The notes under the pieces were generated by a model. The model saw only the letters and a program-made list of their open reading frames with translations, was not told where the DNA came from and did no database searches. From Podarcis gaigeae (Eukaryota): a stretch of 64,000 nt of DNA. Each line of letters begins with the position of its first letter. The stretch's first letter is position 1. The position numbers and the translations under genes were made by a program. Shown one piece after another: positions 24,374 through 38,006 of this stretch. Location of the stretch: NCBI GenBank assembly GCA_964106915.2, contig OZ066923.1. One strand, 5' to 3'.

Positions 24374-24730
24374 GGGGACGCAGGTGGCGCTGTGGGTTAA
24401 AGCCTCAGCGCCTAGGACTTGCCGATTGAAAGGTCGGCGGTTCGAATCCCTGCGGCGGGGTGCGCTCCCGCTGCTCGGTCCCAGCGCCTGCCAACCTAGC
24501 AGTTCGAAAGCACCTCCGGGTGCAAGTAGATAAATAGGGACCGCTTACCAGCGGGAAGGTAAACGGCGTTTCCGTGTGCAGCTCTGGCTCGCCAGATGCA
24601 GCTTTGTCACGCTGGCCACGTGACCCGGAAGTGTCTCCGGACAGCGCTGGCCCCTGGCCTCTTGAGTGAGATGGGCGCACAACCCCAGAGTCTGTCAAGA
24701 CTGGCCCGTACGGGCAGGGGTACCTTTACC
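24374..24730 (+). mobile_element. Sauria SINE, full length
   Basis: tRNA-like head with A/B boxes, ACCTTT tail, perfect 13-bp TSD ttactgcataata (24361-24373 and 24731-24743). Confidence 0.92.
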
Positions 24731-24789
24731 TTACTGCATAATATGCATGGTTATCTTCAGTTGGTAGACATGCACAGCCGCATACTGGG

Positions 24790-24791
<2 letters not shown>

Positions 24792-24834
<43 letters not shown>
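24792..24834. repeat. (GT)n microsatellite
   Basis: Pure GT run. Confidence 0.95.
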
Positions 24835-24835
<1 letters not shown>

Positions 24836-25089
24836 CAGTGAGGACAAAAGGAAAGAACGTGCAAAAAATCCACAGTCCATGATAATTTTGTTAAAGTGGC
24901 CTTGGGAAGTTATGGCTCTTCAGAGGTTACTGGGCTACAGATCCCAATATCCCTGACCATTTGCCGCACTGGATGGAATAATATCTGGCCCACAGGTTAG
25001 CAACCCCTGTGTTAAACTTCTATGTATCCAAAAATCACACAGACCATTCACAATGGCCATAATGGATAACACAAGCATCACAACATAAT

Positions 25090-25304
25090 TATTTTATTTA
25101 TTAGTTTATATACCACCTTTTTCTTTGAAGGGGCTCAAGGTAGTGTACATGGTTCTTGTCCTCCCCATTTCATCCTCACAACAACCCTGTGAGGTAGGTT
25201 AGGCTAAGAGATGGTGACTGGCCCAAGATCACCCAGTGAGCTTCATGCATGAGTGGGAATTCAAACCCTGGTCTCGCAGGTCTAACCATTATACAACACT
25301 GGCT
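25090..25304 (-). mobile_element. Old tRNA/CORE-type SINE (Squam3/MIR-like)
   Basis: cacaacaaccctgtgaggtaggttaggctaagagatggtgactggcccaagatcaccc core; degraded tRNA head. Confidence 0.6.
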
Positions 25305-25481
25305 TAAGTTAGATATCCCTTGTATTGGGAAAGAAAAATGCCACAGGACTCTTGTGGGCATTTTTAAAGAGTCTGTGGAGTAGCCTATTATTTTAGGGAA
25401 GTATGAAACATCAGTTGTTAAGTGATGTATAGTAAGCAGGTGCTTGCTGTAACTATTCTCTCTGCCTTCTGGTACCTACAG

Positions 25482-25628
25482 GCTCTACTGACCCCTGAAG
25501 ATGCAATACTTTCAGATGAATTGAATCATGCCTCTATCATTGATGGGATCCGGCTGTGTAAAGCCAACAAATATCGCTACAAACACATGGACATGCAGGA
25601 CCTGGAAGCCAAGTTGCAGGATGCCCAA
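25482..25628 (+). CDS. GCAT: GCAT exon 4
   Basis: ctacag|GCT...CAA|gtaagt; [49 protein letters not shown] (class II aminotransferase NHASIIDG motif). Confidence 0.96.
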
Positions 25629-25764
25629 GTAAGTTGGTGCTGTGGATCCAAAGCAAAGTCAGATTGCTGCTTTTCCAAGTCTCCACCTCCCCATGAGCAA
25701 TTTTTCTTAGGTTCTTGCTTACTTGGTCTCTACTGACCACATCCCTGCTTGCTCTCCTACGCAG

Positions 25765-25919
25765 AAATACCGTTTGAGGATGGTGGCTACAGATGGTGCT
25801 TTCTCCATGGATGGTGACATTGCTCCCTTGCAGGAAATCTGTAGGCTGTCTCAGAAATACAAAGCCATTGTTTTTGTTGATGAATGTCACGCCACTGGAT
25901 TTCTTGGGCCCAACGGACG
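25765..25919 (+). CDS. GCAT: GCAT exon 5
   Basis: acgcag|AAA...CG|gtaaaa; [52 protein letters not shown]. Confidence 0.96.
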
Positions 25920-27233
25920 GTAAAAAAAATCAAATTATTCTCTTTTGTCGCATTCTTTGTTGCTGTCGTTTTTAGCAAAGAAAAATTATCGCCAGTGATT
26001 TCTAACTATATAATAAAATTGTAAGGATGTTGCCAAGGTGCAATTTGCTGCAGCCATGTGAGCTGCAGCAAGGCAGCGAATAGCATGTGGGCAGCCCAGG
26101 CAGGCAGGTGAACGAGCAGGTGGACATGGCAAACCACAGAGGAACACCAGGACAGCATACTGATGCTGCTATTTTGGCCTCAGCAGGGTCAGAGACCGAG
26201 GAGGAGGGAAATGATCACAGAGCCAGATGGTTGCTGGAGAGTTGCCCCAGCCTGTCCTGTCTCTTGCTCTGTAGCTTACCTGTGCTGGGGTTTGAGTGAC
26301 CTGTAAGGGTGGGTTTGGCAAGGCTGGCCAAGTGTAAAGGGAGGGGGGTTGGTCAAGCATAGGGAGTGGGGAGGGAGGTTGGCAAACGAAGTGAGCAGGG
26401 GTAGCAGCCCTGAGAATAATTAGCCAGGATTAATTTTGTGCTGCTTTTTAGCCCCCAAAGTGGCCCACAAGTGAAAATACAGTATCAAACACACTATATA
26501 AAACCCAGTCTTGCATTATAAGATGATAGTGACAATGATAATAATGACTTAAAATAGCAGAATATAAAGCAGACTCTGGGGCGAGAACAGCAGTTCGGTC
26601 ATCATAAAAAGACCAATGGGATGGTTGAAGAAGTGTGATATCTTTTATGCCCTAGCTAAGTTAGCTCATAGCGGTAAAATAGGAAGCTTAATAAACCACA
26701 CTGTACTTTTTTATGGCTTTTATGGAGCCCCCATTAACTGGGCTATGTTGTGGACCTCCTTGTAATCTTGGGATGTAAGGGCTGTATATAAATTTGATAA
26801 ATAATATTAATGGAAAGAGGGCAAACAATCAGGAAGGAGATTGCTTTGTCTTCAGTTTGAACCCGAGATCGTGGTTTGTTGTTCTGTAATGAACCACAGT
26901 CTGTAAGCAAACAACAAACCATGGTTCAATCCTGGCTAGCAGTTTGGGCTTCTTAGAAGGGAAACAAGCCAGCTGTGGAGTCTGTTCCATTAGAGGGAAT
27001 GGGGCACTGTCTCACCAACCTGCCTTACTATTTAGGTAGGTTAGGCTGAGAGCTGGTGACTGGCCTACATTTATATTCATAGCTGTTTCCCAGACCATGC
27101 GCATTTCCAGTTGCTGGGGATGATGGGAGTTGTAGTCCAGCAGCACCTGGAGGAGAAAGCTTCCCCAGCTCTGGAACAGACAAATGGGAGAGTTCTGAAG
27201 CCTAAGCTAATAACAGTTATTTTCTCCTTGCAG

Positions 27234-27316
27234 GGGCACTGACGAACTCTTGGGAGTGATGGACCAAGTCACTATAATCAACTCCACACTTGGGAAAGCG
27301 CTTGGGGGAGCAGCAG
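27234..27316 (+). CDS. GCAT: GCAT exon 6 (contains the PLP-binding lysine)
   Basis: ttgcag|G...GCA G|gtgcag; GTDELLGVMDQVTIINSTLGKALGGAA. Confidence 0.95.
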
Positions 27317-27934
27317 GTGCAGTTGCCAACTAGCAGTACCCTAATTAGAAGTGTAGGGGAGAAAAATACATATTTTTTTGTATTAATAACTTCTGCCCTG
27401 CTTGTCTCAGAACAGCTGACATCTTCTTCACCACCACCATCCATTTCCCAGAGCTCCCCCTGTTCATTATTCTTCCTCTCACCTCTCTTTTACAGAGACG
27501 ATTTGAGAGGCAGGTTGGATATGTCATCTTTGGGCCAAAGCTAGAGGGGTTAGACACAAGGAACATCCTTGAATATGGGGGCAGGGAAAGGGAATAGAGT
27601 CAAGAGAAACCACTGAGTTGGAGGAAGCCGTTTCAAGTAAAAATTGGAGAGCAGTAAAGTCCCCAGCCCCCAATTCTGCCTTGACTTTGGCAGCACCTGA
27701 TACCTTAAAGTGCAGATTGGGAATCTCAGGCATTGGGGCAGAATGTGGCCCTCCAGGCTTCTCTGCCTGGCCCCTGGAACTCTTCAGAGGCAATGCCCCT
27801 TGTCTGGCCAACCCCCTTCTCCATAGACCACAGCCCTTACTGTCTCTGCTCTGTGCTCAAATGCTTTTGCCTGGCTGGAATGCATCCTTGAACTGTGATA
27901 ATATATTTCACTTGCTTGGATGGAGAAGAGAGAG

Positions 27935-27936
<2 letters not shown>

Positions 27937-27973
<37 letters not shown>
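27937..27973. repeat. (GT)n microsatellite
   Basis: Pure GT run. Confidence 0.95.
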
Positions 27974-27974
<1 letters not shown>

Positions 27975-28382
27975 TTGCAATGCAGCCTGCTGTGTAAAGG
28001 TAAAAGTGCATCCTTGGCTCTGCCCACTTTTGTCCCTCTCCCTGCCCCTGCCTTAAAGGAAGAGTGGTTCAGTTCTGTGCATCTGCCATTGACAAAATCC
28101 ATTTTACAATCTAGAAGGGATTGCTGTAGAGCTGGTGCAAGGATCTCTTGCTGAATGACAGCTCCCATCACCCCCAGCAAGCATGGCCGCAGCAGTGATG
28201 ATGGAAGTTGTAGTCCAGCAACATCTGGAGGGTCAAAGGTTTCCCACACCTCCATTGAGTAGAGCAGATGAGCACAACAAATGAGCGTCTCCCTCCGCCC
28301 CCCGTGAAGAGCACATTCATCTATGTCATCTATGGTGGCCCATTGGGGCCTTGAACTAACTTTGTCTTTCTTCTCTTTGCAG

Positions 28383-28554
28383 GTGGCTACACAACCGGCC
28401 CCAAAGCGCTCATTGACCTTCTGCGCCAACGTTCGCGCCCTTACCTCTTTTCCAATAGTTTGCCTCCTGCCGTGGTGGGCTGTGCCTCCAAGGCTCTGGA
28501 TCTCCTCATGGAGAGCAATGCCATTGCACAGTCCATGGCTGCCAAGACCACACG
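28383..28554 (+). CDS. GCAT: GCAT exon 7
   Basis: ttgcag|GT...CG|gtaagg; GYTTGPKALIDLLRQRSRPYLFSNSLPPAVVGCASKALDLLMESNAIAQSMAAKTT. Confidence 0.95.
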
Positions 28555-29024
28555 GTAAGGGAGCCTGTCATTTATCCAGAGCATTTATACCCCACCTTTT
28601 GTTCAAATTGTCCTCAAGATGGTTTACAACCCACTCCATTTTCCTTCCTGGTTTTCCACTGTCTTTGGCCACTGAACATGCTGAACCCTCATTGGGCTGT
28701 TTTGGGGGGAGTTTGCTCAGCTAGTCCCGTTCCCACCGAAAGTACTATTTGTACTTTTGTACATCTTTTGGTTCCTCCAAATTACTGTCGTCTCCCTTTC
28801 GTTTGTCACAGGTCACATTTTGACTTACAGCTGTCGGCACTCCACACACCATTGCTTTATTAGAGGGTGTGATGTTTTCTGCTGTCAGAACAGTTTCTGT
28901 GTCAGAATGGAAGTCAAATAGTACACAGTCCCTTCCGCAGACGTAAATGGGAGAGGGAGGGAGTGCTCCGTAGAGGGGACAGGCAAAGTAGGTCCCACGC
29001 TGAAGGTGTTCCTCTTCCTTGCAG

Positions 29025-29146
29025 TTTCCGAAGCAAGATGGCGGCAGCTGGATTCACCATTTCAGGGAATGACCACCCTATTTGCCCTGTGATGTTGGGC
29101 GATGCCCGGCTGGCGTCCTTGATGGCTGATGACATGCTGAAGAGAG
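29025..29146 (+). CDS. GCAT: GCAT exon 8
   Basis: ttgcag|T...AGA G|gtaacc; FRSKMAAAGFTISGNDHPICPVMLGDARLASLMADDMLKR. Confidence 0.95.
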
Positions 29147-29594
29147 GTAACCAATGTGGGACAGGGGAGCTTCGCGTAACTTATGATATCTTTGGGTGTT
29201 ACTGCCTGAAAAGCCCTGGGATGGTTTTAAGAACTTTTGAGTTGAGAGGAAAAACCTAGAGACTCTTCTTTGCTTTGGAAGCTGTCACAATCGGTGTGGC
29301 TCTCCTTGTAACCCCATTTCATGTGAAGCCAAGCAGGTAACTCAGGGAAGCAGGTAAGGGGAACTCCCAGGCAGCCTCTGAGGAGAAGGAGGAAAAGCTG
29401 ATGAGTTAATTCTTGCTTTAAGACATCGAGTGCATCTTTATATATCAAGCATGAATTGTGTTTTGCATTTCTGAGCTAATAAAATTGGCTGGGCTGTTTT
29501 TTGTTTTGCTTTATATTGTGCATTATGCTATACTAACTAGTGTTCTCAGCACTTTTTGTAAAATAGGTATTTAATAATATAGACCCTATTCCTG

Positions 29595-29842
29595 GTTGTT
29601 GTTGTTGTTGTTTAGTCGTTTAGTCATGTCTGACTCTTTGTGACCCCATGGACCAGAGCACGCCATGCACTCCTGTCTTCCACTGCCTCCTGCAGTTTGG
29701 TCAAACTCATGTTTGTAGCTTCGAGAACACTGTCCAACCATCTCATCCTCTGTCGTCCCCTTCTCCTTGTGCCCTCCATCTTTCCCAACATCAGGGCCTT
29801 TTCCAGGGAGTCTTCTCTTCTCATGAGGTGGCCAAAGTATTG
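29595..29842 (-). mobile_element. BovB (RTE) LINE, 5'-truncated 3' end
   Basis: Minus-strand peptide QYFGHLMRREDSLEKALMLGKMEGTRRRGRQRMRWLDSV; (CAA)n tail. Confidence 0.9.
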
Positions 29843-31202
29843 ATTAAGACATGGCAATTCTGTCTTCAGATCCCTAACCTCCATGCTGTGTACCAGTTGC
29901 TTTACCATAGAGACAGCATAGGAATCTTATTTAAACCTCCTTTGTTTTTCTCCTCCCTGTCTTGACTTTAAGTGTTCCTGCATTTCTCTTAATGATTTGA
30001 TAGTGGCATTATCCCCGATCCCCTATACCAGTGGTTATGAACCATAATCTGCCTGCCATTATGTGTTGCTGCTCCTGCTACTTTCATTTCAGAGACTGAG
30101 AATGGGCCACATGTAGAGACTAGACCTCATGCTGCCAACCCCTGTTGCTTCTTGCTCAGTTTTCCTTTTTCTTCCTGTTCTGAGGGGCTACTCCAGAACA
30201 GGCAGAAATTCAGTACACACACTTGTGCCTCCACCCTGGGCGGAAGCTGTGATGATCGGCAAATCATTTGTCGAACTTTTTGCTTGATGTGCAGCTGTTA
30301 AGTAGAGGAGGGGCATCAGGGACAGCATAAAGCTGCAGCATTGAATCAAATCTGTTTGATCCAATTTTTAAAAAAAGTTTAATCTGCCCTCTGAAAATAA
30401 GCATATAAAATTACTATCATTTTTAATACAAGTAATTGCAATTTAAAAAAAACTCCAGTTGGCCAATCTTAAGAGGCATTTCTGCTTTTCTCTCACTTAA
30501 GTTCCTTAAATGATGTTTGCTACACATCCAAAAACATTAAGGATAGGAACAGCCTGCTGGCATCCTGTTCTCACAGTGACCAACCAGTGCTCTCCACTCC
30601 TGCAGATTCCTGCTCCTTGATTCAGTGCTACTTTCCCCCTCTTCAACCCAGATTTGCTCAGTCCTTCCAGAGCTGCCTTTCTGCTTTGGTTTCAATCCCA
30701 CCTTAATAGCAGCACAAGTCCATCTGACCTGTCACAGAGCCACTCCTGCATCTTCCAACAGGAATTTCCCTGGCAGCTCTGTAGAGGGCAGCATTGTCTC
30801 CAGAAAAACCATCCTGGAAGTTTGACACTGGTAAACGCACACTCCTTGTTGCAATCCAGAGCTGGCCCTAAGACAATACTTTGCTGTACAACCTCATTCA
30901 AGAGGTGCGTGATCTGCCACACTGGAAGAAATCTTGGGCAGTACTAAACATCAGTCTGCAACCCAAGAAGCGGTTGGCTAGTTCAGAGCAGTATAGCATT
31001 CCCACCTTGCCAGCTGCCTTTTTGGTCCTCCTGTGTTGTATGACAGCTTGGGTGATAGTCTGCAGTGTGAAAGGGTAGTGAAGGCAGCCAAACAAAGTCC
31101 TCTTGCTTCTTAACTTTCCCTCTGCCACCATGTGGATATCTTTATTTTCTCTTGACTCTGGGTGCGTCCAACACAGTAAAACATCAAATATTAAAAACTT
31201 CC

Positions 31203-31242
<40 letters not shown>
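31203..31242. repeat. (TAA)n microsatellite
   Basis: Pure AAT run. Confidence 0.95.
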
Positions 31243-31643
31243 GGGTTGGGGACCCTGGTGCTGTTTCTGCTTCCTGCAAGTTTTATCCCGAGTGATGCTT
31301 AACAATCCACATCAAATGTTGTAGATTCTCTAGGTCAGCCTGGTAGCGAAGTTCATGAAATTGTGGAAGTCAGTCAAACGTGGCATGCCCCCATATGAGT
31401 TACAGGGATGGATGCTGATACTTTAATGCATTGTTTTCTTAAATTGTGTAATATGTTCTTGTGATATATTTGTTTATGCATTTTTGTGTGCTGCCTTATG
31501 AAAGTTTTATTTATGAATCTCTTTGTTTATTATTTATTTTACTCATTTATTAAAGAAACAAAATAAGGTCTTGCTTATGCAGTTGATCTGCTGCCTCTGC
31601 TACACTCATCTCTCTCTCCCTCCCTCTCTTTCTCACCTGTCAG

Positions 31644-31795
31644 GCATCTACGTCATTGGATTCAGCTACCCCGTGGTGCCCAAGGGAAAAGCTCGCATCC
31701 GGGTGCAGATCTCGGCTGTTCACAGTGACGAGGATATTGATCGGTGTGTGGAGGCCTTTGTGGAAGTTGGCCGTAAGCATGGAGCCTTGCCTTGA
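31644..31795 (+). CDS. GCAT: GCAT exon 9 (terminal)
   Basis: tgtcag|GC...TGA; [49 protein letters not shown]. Confidence 0.96.
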
Positions 31796-31992
31796 ATGGC
31801 TGAAGATCGTGAGCTGTAGGATGCCTTTCAAAACCTGAAACCTGCAGGTGGACCGTGCTGCTTTTCAGAGAGGTGGTAGTGGCTTTGAAAAGAGGTGTTG
31901 CTCACATCACTTTTGGTGCTGTGTTGCCAGACTCTAGAACCTGTGCATTCTACCTCTGCTTAAGGAGGACCGCAATGTGCCTGGAGGAGAGT

Positions 31993-32061
31993 AATAAAGG
32001 TGATACCTGACCCTAGTCTGAAGGAAGTTTTTTGTTGGTACAACGCATCTGCTGAAATAAA
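31993..32061 (+). terminator. Two candidate GCAT polyadenylation signals
   Basis: AATAAA at 31993-31998 and 32056-32061. Confidence 0.6.
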
Positions 32062-32611
32062 TTTGCTCATGGAGAGACAGTGCTGGTACTTTGATCTTGT
32101 GCATCAATGATGCATATTTGCCTTTGTATATATCTTGAGCGGCTGATATTGCCCTCCCCCCTGCCCTGAACTGATGCTAAAGGCAGGAATGGATAATACA
32201 ATGAAAAGGGTTGGCTTTGGACCAATTTCCGTAGTGTCGAAAGGCAGCCTACTTGGGTAGCTTTAAAAGGCGATTGTACAAATTCACGGAGGAGAAACTT
32301 ATTCACAGCTATTAGTTATGATGGGTATATACTCCCTCCAGAATAAGAATTTAAGAAGAGACTGCAGGATCAGGCCAGTGGCCCATCTAGTCCAGCATCC
32401 TCTTCTCATTGTGGGCAGCCAGATGCTTATGAGAAACCCTCAGGCAGGACCTGAGCAGAAGGGCATCCCCCTCTCATGGTTTCCAGCAGCTGCTGTTCAG
32501 CCCCTCTAACTGTGGGGGCTAGTAGCTATTGAGAGCCCATCTATCATGAATCTGTTCCTCTGCTAAAGCCATAAGAGGCAGTATGCTGCTGTGGGACCCA
32601 GGATGCTAGAC

Positions 32612-32857
32612 TAGAAGAAGAGTTTGGATTTGATATCCCGCTTTATCACTACCCAAAGGAGTCTCAAAGCGGCTAACATTCTCCTTTCCCTTCCTCCCCC
32701 ACAACAAACACTCTGAGAGGTTAGTGAGGCTGAGAGACTTTAGAGAAGTGTGACTAGCCCAAGGTCACCCAGCAGCTGCATGTGGAGGAGCGGGGAAGCG
32801 AACCCGGTTCACCAGATTACGAGTCTACCACTCTTAACCACTACACCACACTGGCTC
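32612..32857 (-). mobile_element. Squam3-like tRNA-derived SINE
   Basis: Head GAGCCAGTGTGGTGTAGTGGTTAAGAG...GGTTCGC on the minus strand, (CTT)n tail; near-identical copy on the plus strand at 56569. Confidence 0.8.
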
Positions 32858-33620
32858 ACTAGATGGGCCTTTGGTCTGATGTAGCCAGGCTTTTCTTATG
32901 CCCTTAACTAGGCCGTGTAGCTGATTTTGTGCCTCCTTTCTCTGGAGAGAACAGTTTGTCGTACTACCCAGTAGGCTCACCTCCAGGATCTAGAGCCACT
33001 GAACATAGTGGGACTCACTCCTGATTAAACATTCCATTGGACTGCATTATATGTGGACCCAGATACCACCTCCTTCCCTGTCCTAGTGCCCTCTTTTTCT
33101 TTGCTGCGCCTAGTACCTGACCGATTGCCCTAGATGACATGGTTTATTCTCCAATATCGTAGGATCTTGTGGCTGAGCTACACAAGCCTGGTGTTTGGTA
33201 CTGGTTGCAGAAACTGAGGATTTCTGCTTCTTCTTTTAAGTTCTTTAAAGAATGGATTTTAGCCCTAGGGCTTCAAGGATAGCCTTGGGCAAGTGAAAGG
33301 AAAACTTGGCACAGTCTCAGAAGTCAGAGCACAGCTCAGCAAGATTTCTAGGGGCTAGGAATGCCGTTGTGAATGCCTTAAAGCAAGGTTGATGTTTCTA
33401 TTCTATCTGAGCTTTCACACAATGTAAAATAGAACAGGGAAACACTGGGGGAACAGAATTAACCACTGTGTGGCTGGACAGTTAGGCATGTGTGTGATTG
33501 CTACCAATGCAGTTCATATCTAATCTATACACACTTTTGGGTGTGTATAGATGCTGACCATGGGCCAGTCACTTTCTCAGCATAACGTACCTTTCAGGAT
33601 TGTTGAGATATAAATGGAGT

Positions 33621-34470
33621 ATGGATGGCGGCTAACAGATGGAGGTTGAATCCTTACAAGACAAAAGTACTGTTTTGGGGGGGACGGGCGGCAGGCAGGT
33701 GTTGGGGACTCCCTGGTCCTGCATGGGGTAACTGTGCCCCTGAAGGACCAGGTGCACAGCCTGGGAGTCATTTTGGACTCACAGCTGTCCATGGAGGCGC
33801 AGGTTAATTCTGTGTCCAGGGCAGCTGTTTACCAGCTCCATCTGGTACGCAGGCTGAAACCCTATCTGCCAACAGACTTATGGTGCATGCTCTAGTTATC
33901 TCCTGCTTGGACTACTGCAATGCACTCTATGTGGGGCTACCTTTGAACGTGACCCAGAAACTGCAATTAATCCAGAATGCGGCAGAATGGTCACTGGGAA
34001 CGCCTGCCAAGACCATGGTAACGCTTGTCCTGAGAGATCTGCATTGGCTCCCAGTACATTTCCAAGCACAATTCAAAGTGTTGGTGCTGACCTTTAAAGC
34101 CCTAAACAGCCTTGGCCCAGTATACCCGAAGGAGTGTCTCCACCTCCATCATTCAGCCTGGACACAGATCTAGCGCCGAGGGCCTTCTGGCAGTTCCCTC
34201 ATTGTGAGAAGTGAGGTTACAGGGAACCAGACAGAGGGCCTTCTCGGTAGTGGCGCCCACCCTGTGGAACACCCTCCCATCAGATGTCAAGAAATAAGAT
34301 AGCTGCTTATCTTTAAAAGACATCTGAAGGCAGCTCTGTTCAGGGAAGTTTTTAATATTTAATGCTGCATTGTTTTTAATACTCAATTGGGAGCCGTCCA
34401 GAGTGGCTGGGGAAACTCAGCCAGATGGGTGGGGTATAAATAATAATAATATTAAATTTAGTATTATTAA
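33621..34470 (+). mobile_element. L2/CR1-clade LINE 3' portion, degenerate
   Basis: WMAANRWRLNPYKTKVL...VHALVISCLDYCNALYVGLP...LRDLHWLPVHFQAQFKVLVLTFKALN; 3' end with (TAA)n. Confidence 0.88.
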
Positions 34471-37400
34471 AAAGATGGGGAGTTAGCAATGAGTTTCTTC
34501 TATCTCCTGCCGTGCATTGATGGACTTGCAAAAGATGCCATCTTTATTTAAACAGCTGCTTCAGCCTGCTCACTAGAGGGCATCCTTGTAACAATCCCAA
34601 ATGAGTTGCTCTTGCATAAGGGAAGAACTGTCTCAAGTCGATGATAATGCATCATAAAAACCCCATCATTTTGATGTCTTCATCATGATGCACTACAGAA
34701 TGCTAAAAAACAAACCTCCATCAGCAATCTGGTTTTGTGATTCTACACTATAAACAAACTTTGGGAGAGGAATACAAGGCTGCTTTTTCTTTCTCTTCCA
34801 GCCCCCTTGTATTTCGATTGCTGGATTAATTTCCTAGTCCAGAGATACTCATACACAAGAGCAGGCTGTGCACATACATATGACAGCATGTGTGGATCTC
34901 TGCATACTCATACTTCAAACAGGAAAGATGCTGACCTATGTGTGCCGTGCAGCTTGCCGTGAGATAGCTGCTGCTCTCAGGATCATTGGAGTGGAGGACT
35001 GCCCTGTTTATAGTGTTGAAGTGAAATTCAACTGCTTGCCTGCTCCGTGCTTGTAAAGGGAATGGGAAGCAAGTGAAATGTCAGCTTATCTTTTGCTTCT
35101 AGCAGCAAAAAGTCTTGGGCTAGCCCTGGGTGCAAAATTGGGTATGTGCACAAAAGGTAAAGTATTTTTTTTTTTTACAAGGGGAACCTGTTTCAGAAAT
35201 GCTACTTCGGGAAAATCTAATTTGCCCTGGCAAACAGTGTCTTGGTACTTCTAGCAAACCCCACTGCTGCTGTTCCCTTCCATTTCCTTACTGAAAACAA
35301 ACCATATCGTTTCTGCCGTACCCGACAATCAGGTTTGCCCTTCAAGAAATTCAACGACTGTTGTTTTTTGCGTTGGTTAAATCACTCAAATAAAGGTTGC
35401 TCAGCTTCCAATGATTTCGTTGGTTTCCAAAAGGATAGATGGCACTTCCCCACTTTCTGCTTCCAAATATTTTATCTCTGTCCACCTTTTCTCTGCTCCC
35501 ACCACCTTACTTTTTGGCAGCCAAGTGCTGCACTGGCCTGCAGCAAGAGGCATGCTGGGAAATAAAAAGGGCTGCAGTATCAAAAGATTTGGCAGAGGGG
35601 AAAGATGAATAATGCAATTGGTTTCGATCAAAATGTTCATGTTTATAAAAAGGTCATGGCTAGTTTCTGATTTGTCGGCATCCATGATGTACAGCAGGCT
35701 GCCGGTCTGCAGCTGAACAACACTGGGACAAAGGAAGATAGCTTCTAGATTACCAAGTCAGATAATACAGAGCTAGATGCACCAACTCTCTATAGTAACA
35801 AATAGTGGCTCTTTCCCATCATTACCTGATGGTGGTAGAGATTGCATGCAAAGAGGCCCAGGTTCAAAGTATGTTCTCTAGCACTGAACCACAGCCCTTC
35901 CCTTTAATGTAATCTGCAACATTCATATGCAGCGGCTGTCTTGCCATCCATCACAATGCACTGCCAAAAGCAACACACACACACACACACCTTTTGTTGC
36001 TCCAGCCACAGCTTTTCTGCTACTCTGGTTCAGTCACTTTCAGATCCATCAGTGCATCCCAGGGCTGCGATTTCCTTAATTACTAAATTCCTGTCTCATT
36101 CCTGTCGCTGATGATTCCTGTCTTAGAGATTATGAGCCATCAATAGAGTTGCTCTCAGCTGCAATTTCTCCTGTTGTAACATGGAAACAAATTGCAGCCT
36201 TGAAATTGCGAGGACAAAGGAGTTCAAGGTAGCAATACTTTAAAAGCATCGCTGTCCTGTTCATATTTCCAACATACCTACTCTCCTCTAGCATGCCTCC
36301 AGTTAGAAATTGATGCTCATTGTTTTACAAAATCCTGGGGCACTTTTAATTAAAAAGGCTGCCTGAACCAGACAAGGTAAACAAATCAGGACCTGACCTA
36401 CTTTCAGACTTGCTATCGATAGTAGGCAGAAGTTGAACCCAGGACTAGCACTCTGATCCCATACATCACACCTAAATCAAGACCCACAGGATTGTCTGCT
36501 GGAAGCAATGACTAAGAATTTCAGTTTGGTTTGGATTCTAAGACCTTAGAGGTTTCCTAGCATCCTCCCTTCACCAAACATCAGTTCCTAGGGCTCCCTC
36601 GGAAGGCTATTGTTCCTAGGGGTCCCTGGGAAAATTATGAATCCTGGGAGTCCCAGGAAAAAAGAAACTGTTGAACAAATTCAAGCCTGTAGTGTGGATA
36701 TACTCAAATACTGAAGTACAGGAAGTATTCTGTTTTGGGAAGGTCACATTTTTATCACTAAGCAGCAGGTGCTTGAGTTGTCTTCTGTAATATTTCCCTG
36801 CACACATCTTTAAGATAAGTTATGGGATGAAGGTACAAAATGCAGCAGAAGCCTTGCACTTGCTAAAAGGTCTGATCAGTACCTGGGTGAGGACTGCCTG
36901 GGGTTCTATTGAAGAAAGGTAGGATACAAATTTAATAAATAAGTCTAAGGCAAGAGGTGCAAAGGGAATAGAAATTGGGCGTTTTTGTCACTTCGAAGTT
37001 GCCAGGTGTGTATCTCAGAGTCTAATGGGCTTCTTTGGAGGTTGCAAAATGAGTGTTGCGAGACCCATGCCCTATCTAGATTTAACTTACAAATGCAGCC
37101 GTCTTCCATCCACTTTCTTAAATCAAGGATGAGGAAGTCCTCCAGATGTTGTTGACCTCCCAGTCAGCCCCAACAAGCACGGCTAATGGTAATGGATGAT
37201 GGGACTTTGCGTTCAACAACATCTGGAAAGCCACAGGTTCCCCAGGCCTGCCACAAATGCATATTAAAAACTAATGGAGAGAAAAGTAAACTGCACAGCA
37301 GCCCTTCATTATCAAAGACCTAGGTCAAAGTCAACGAAACCAATATTTTCCCATCTTTATAGCTACCCAGCTAGATTATCATGGGGCACAATTCACTAGC

Positions 37401-38006
37401 ATAAGTCTCGTGGAAAACAGGAGGTGTAGAAAACCCACCTTACTAAATTATGTTCAAGCAAAACTGCAGCCCTATAAACCCAACAACATAGCAATTGCTC
37501 TGGCTCCAGATAAAAATTAAATGAGGCTAAGTATCCCAAACACTTATTAAAACCATTTATTTCTCCACACAAAAAAAATCAGGTTTCACCAACAGTGATG
37601 ATGAGCACAGTTCCTTGACTTTCCAAAGCACATTGCCTCCCAGGACGTCAATGGTGAAATGCTTTCCATTTCTGCCGTCAGTTTGTCATTACACCTGTCA
37701 GTCCACAAAAGATGTTGGCCGTCTCTGCTTCCCACGAGATATCACTGCCTTGACTTCCTTTCCTGAAAGACGGCAGCAATACCCCAAAGTCTAGTTCTCT
37801 TTGCTTGCTGTAAACATCTCGCTGAGACGCAGTCTTTAATATCTTCACTGCTTTCTGGCGTCTCTTGCCACCGTTACCCTCTGGTTCAGAGACCCATTGA
37901 GACTATGGGTGACCACCAGCTCTGCAGATTTCAACTCATCAGCAAACGGCAGCAAACTCCTTGAGAAATCCGTAGCTGGCAATGTGAAACCCACATCGCC
38001 TTGTCA

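Noticed and set aside
24374-24450. tRNA-like sequences (also 39966, 56569, 32780-32857)
   Set aside because: SINE heads continuous with SINE bodies and tails, not tRNA genes.
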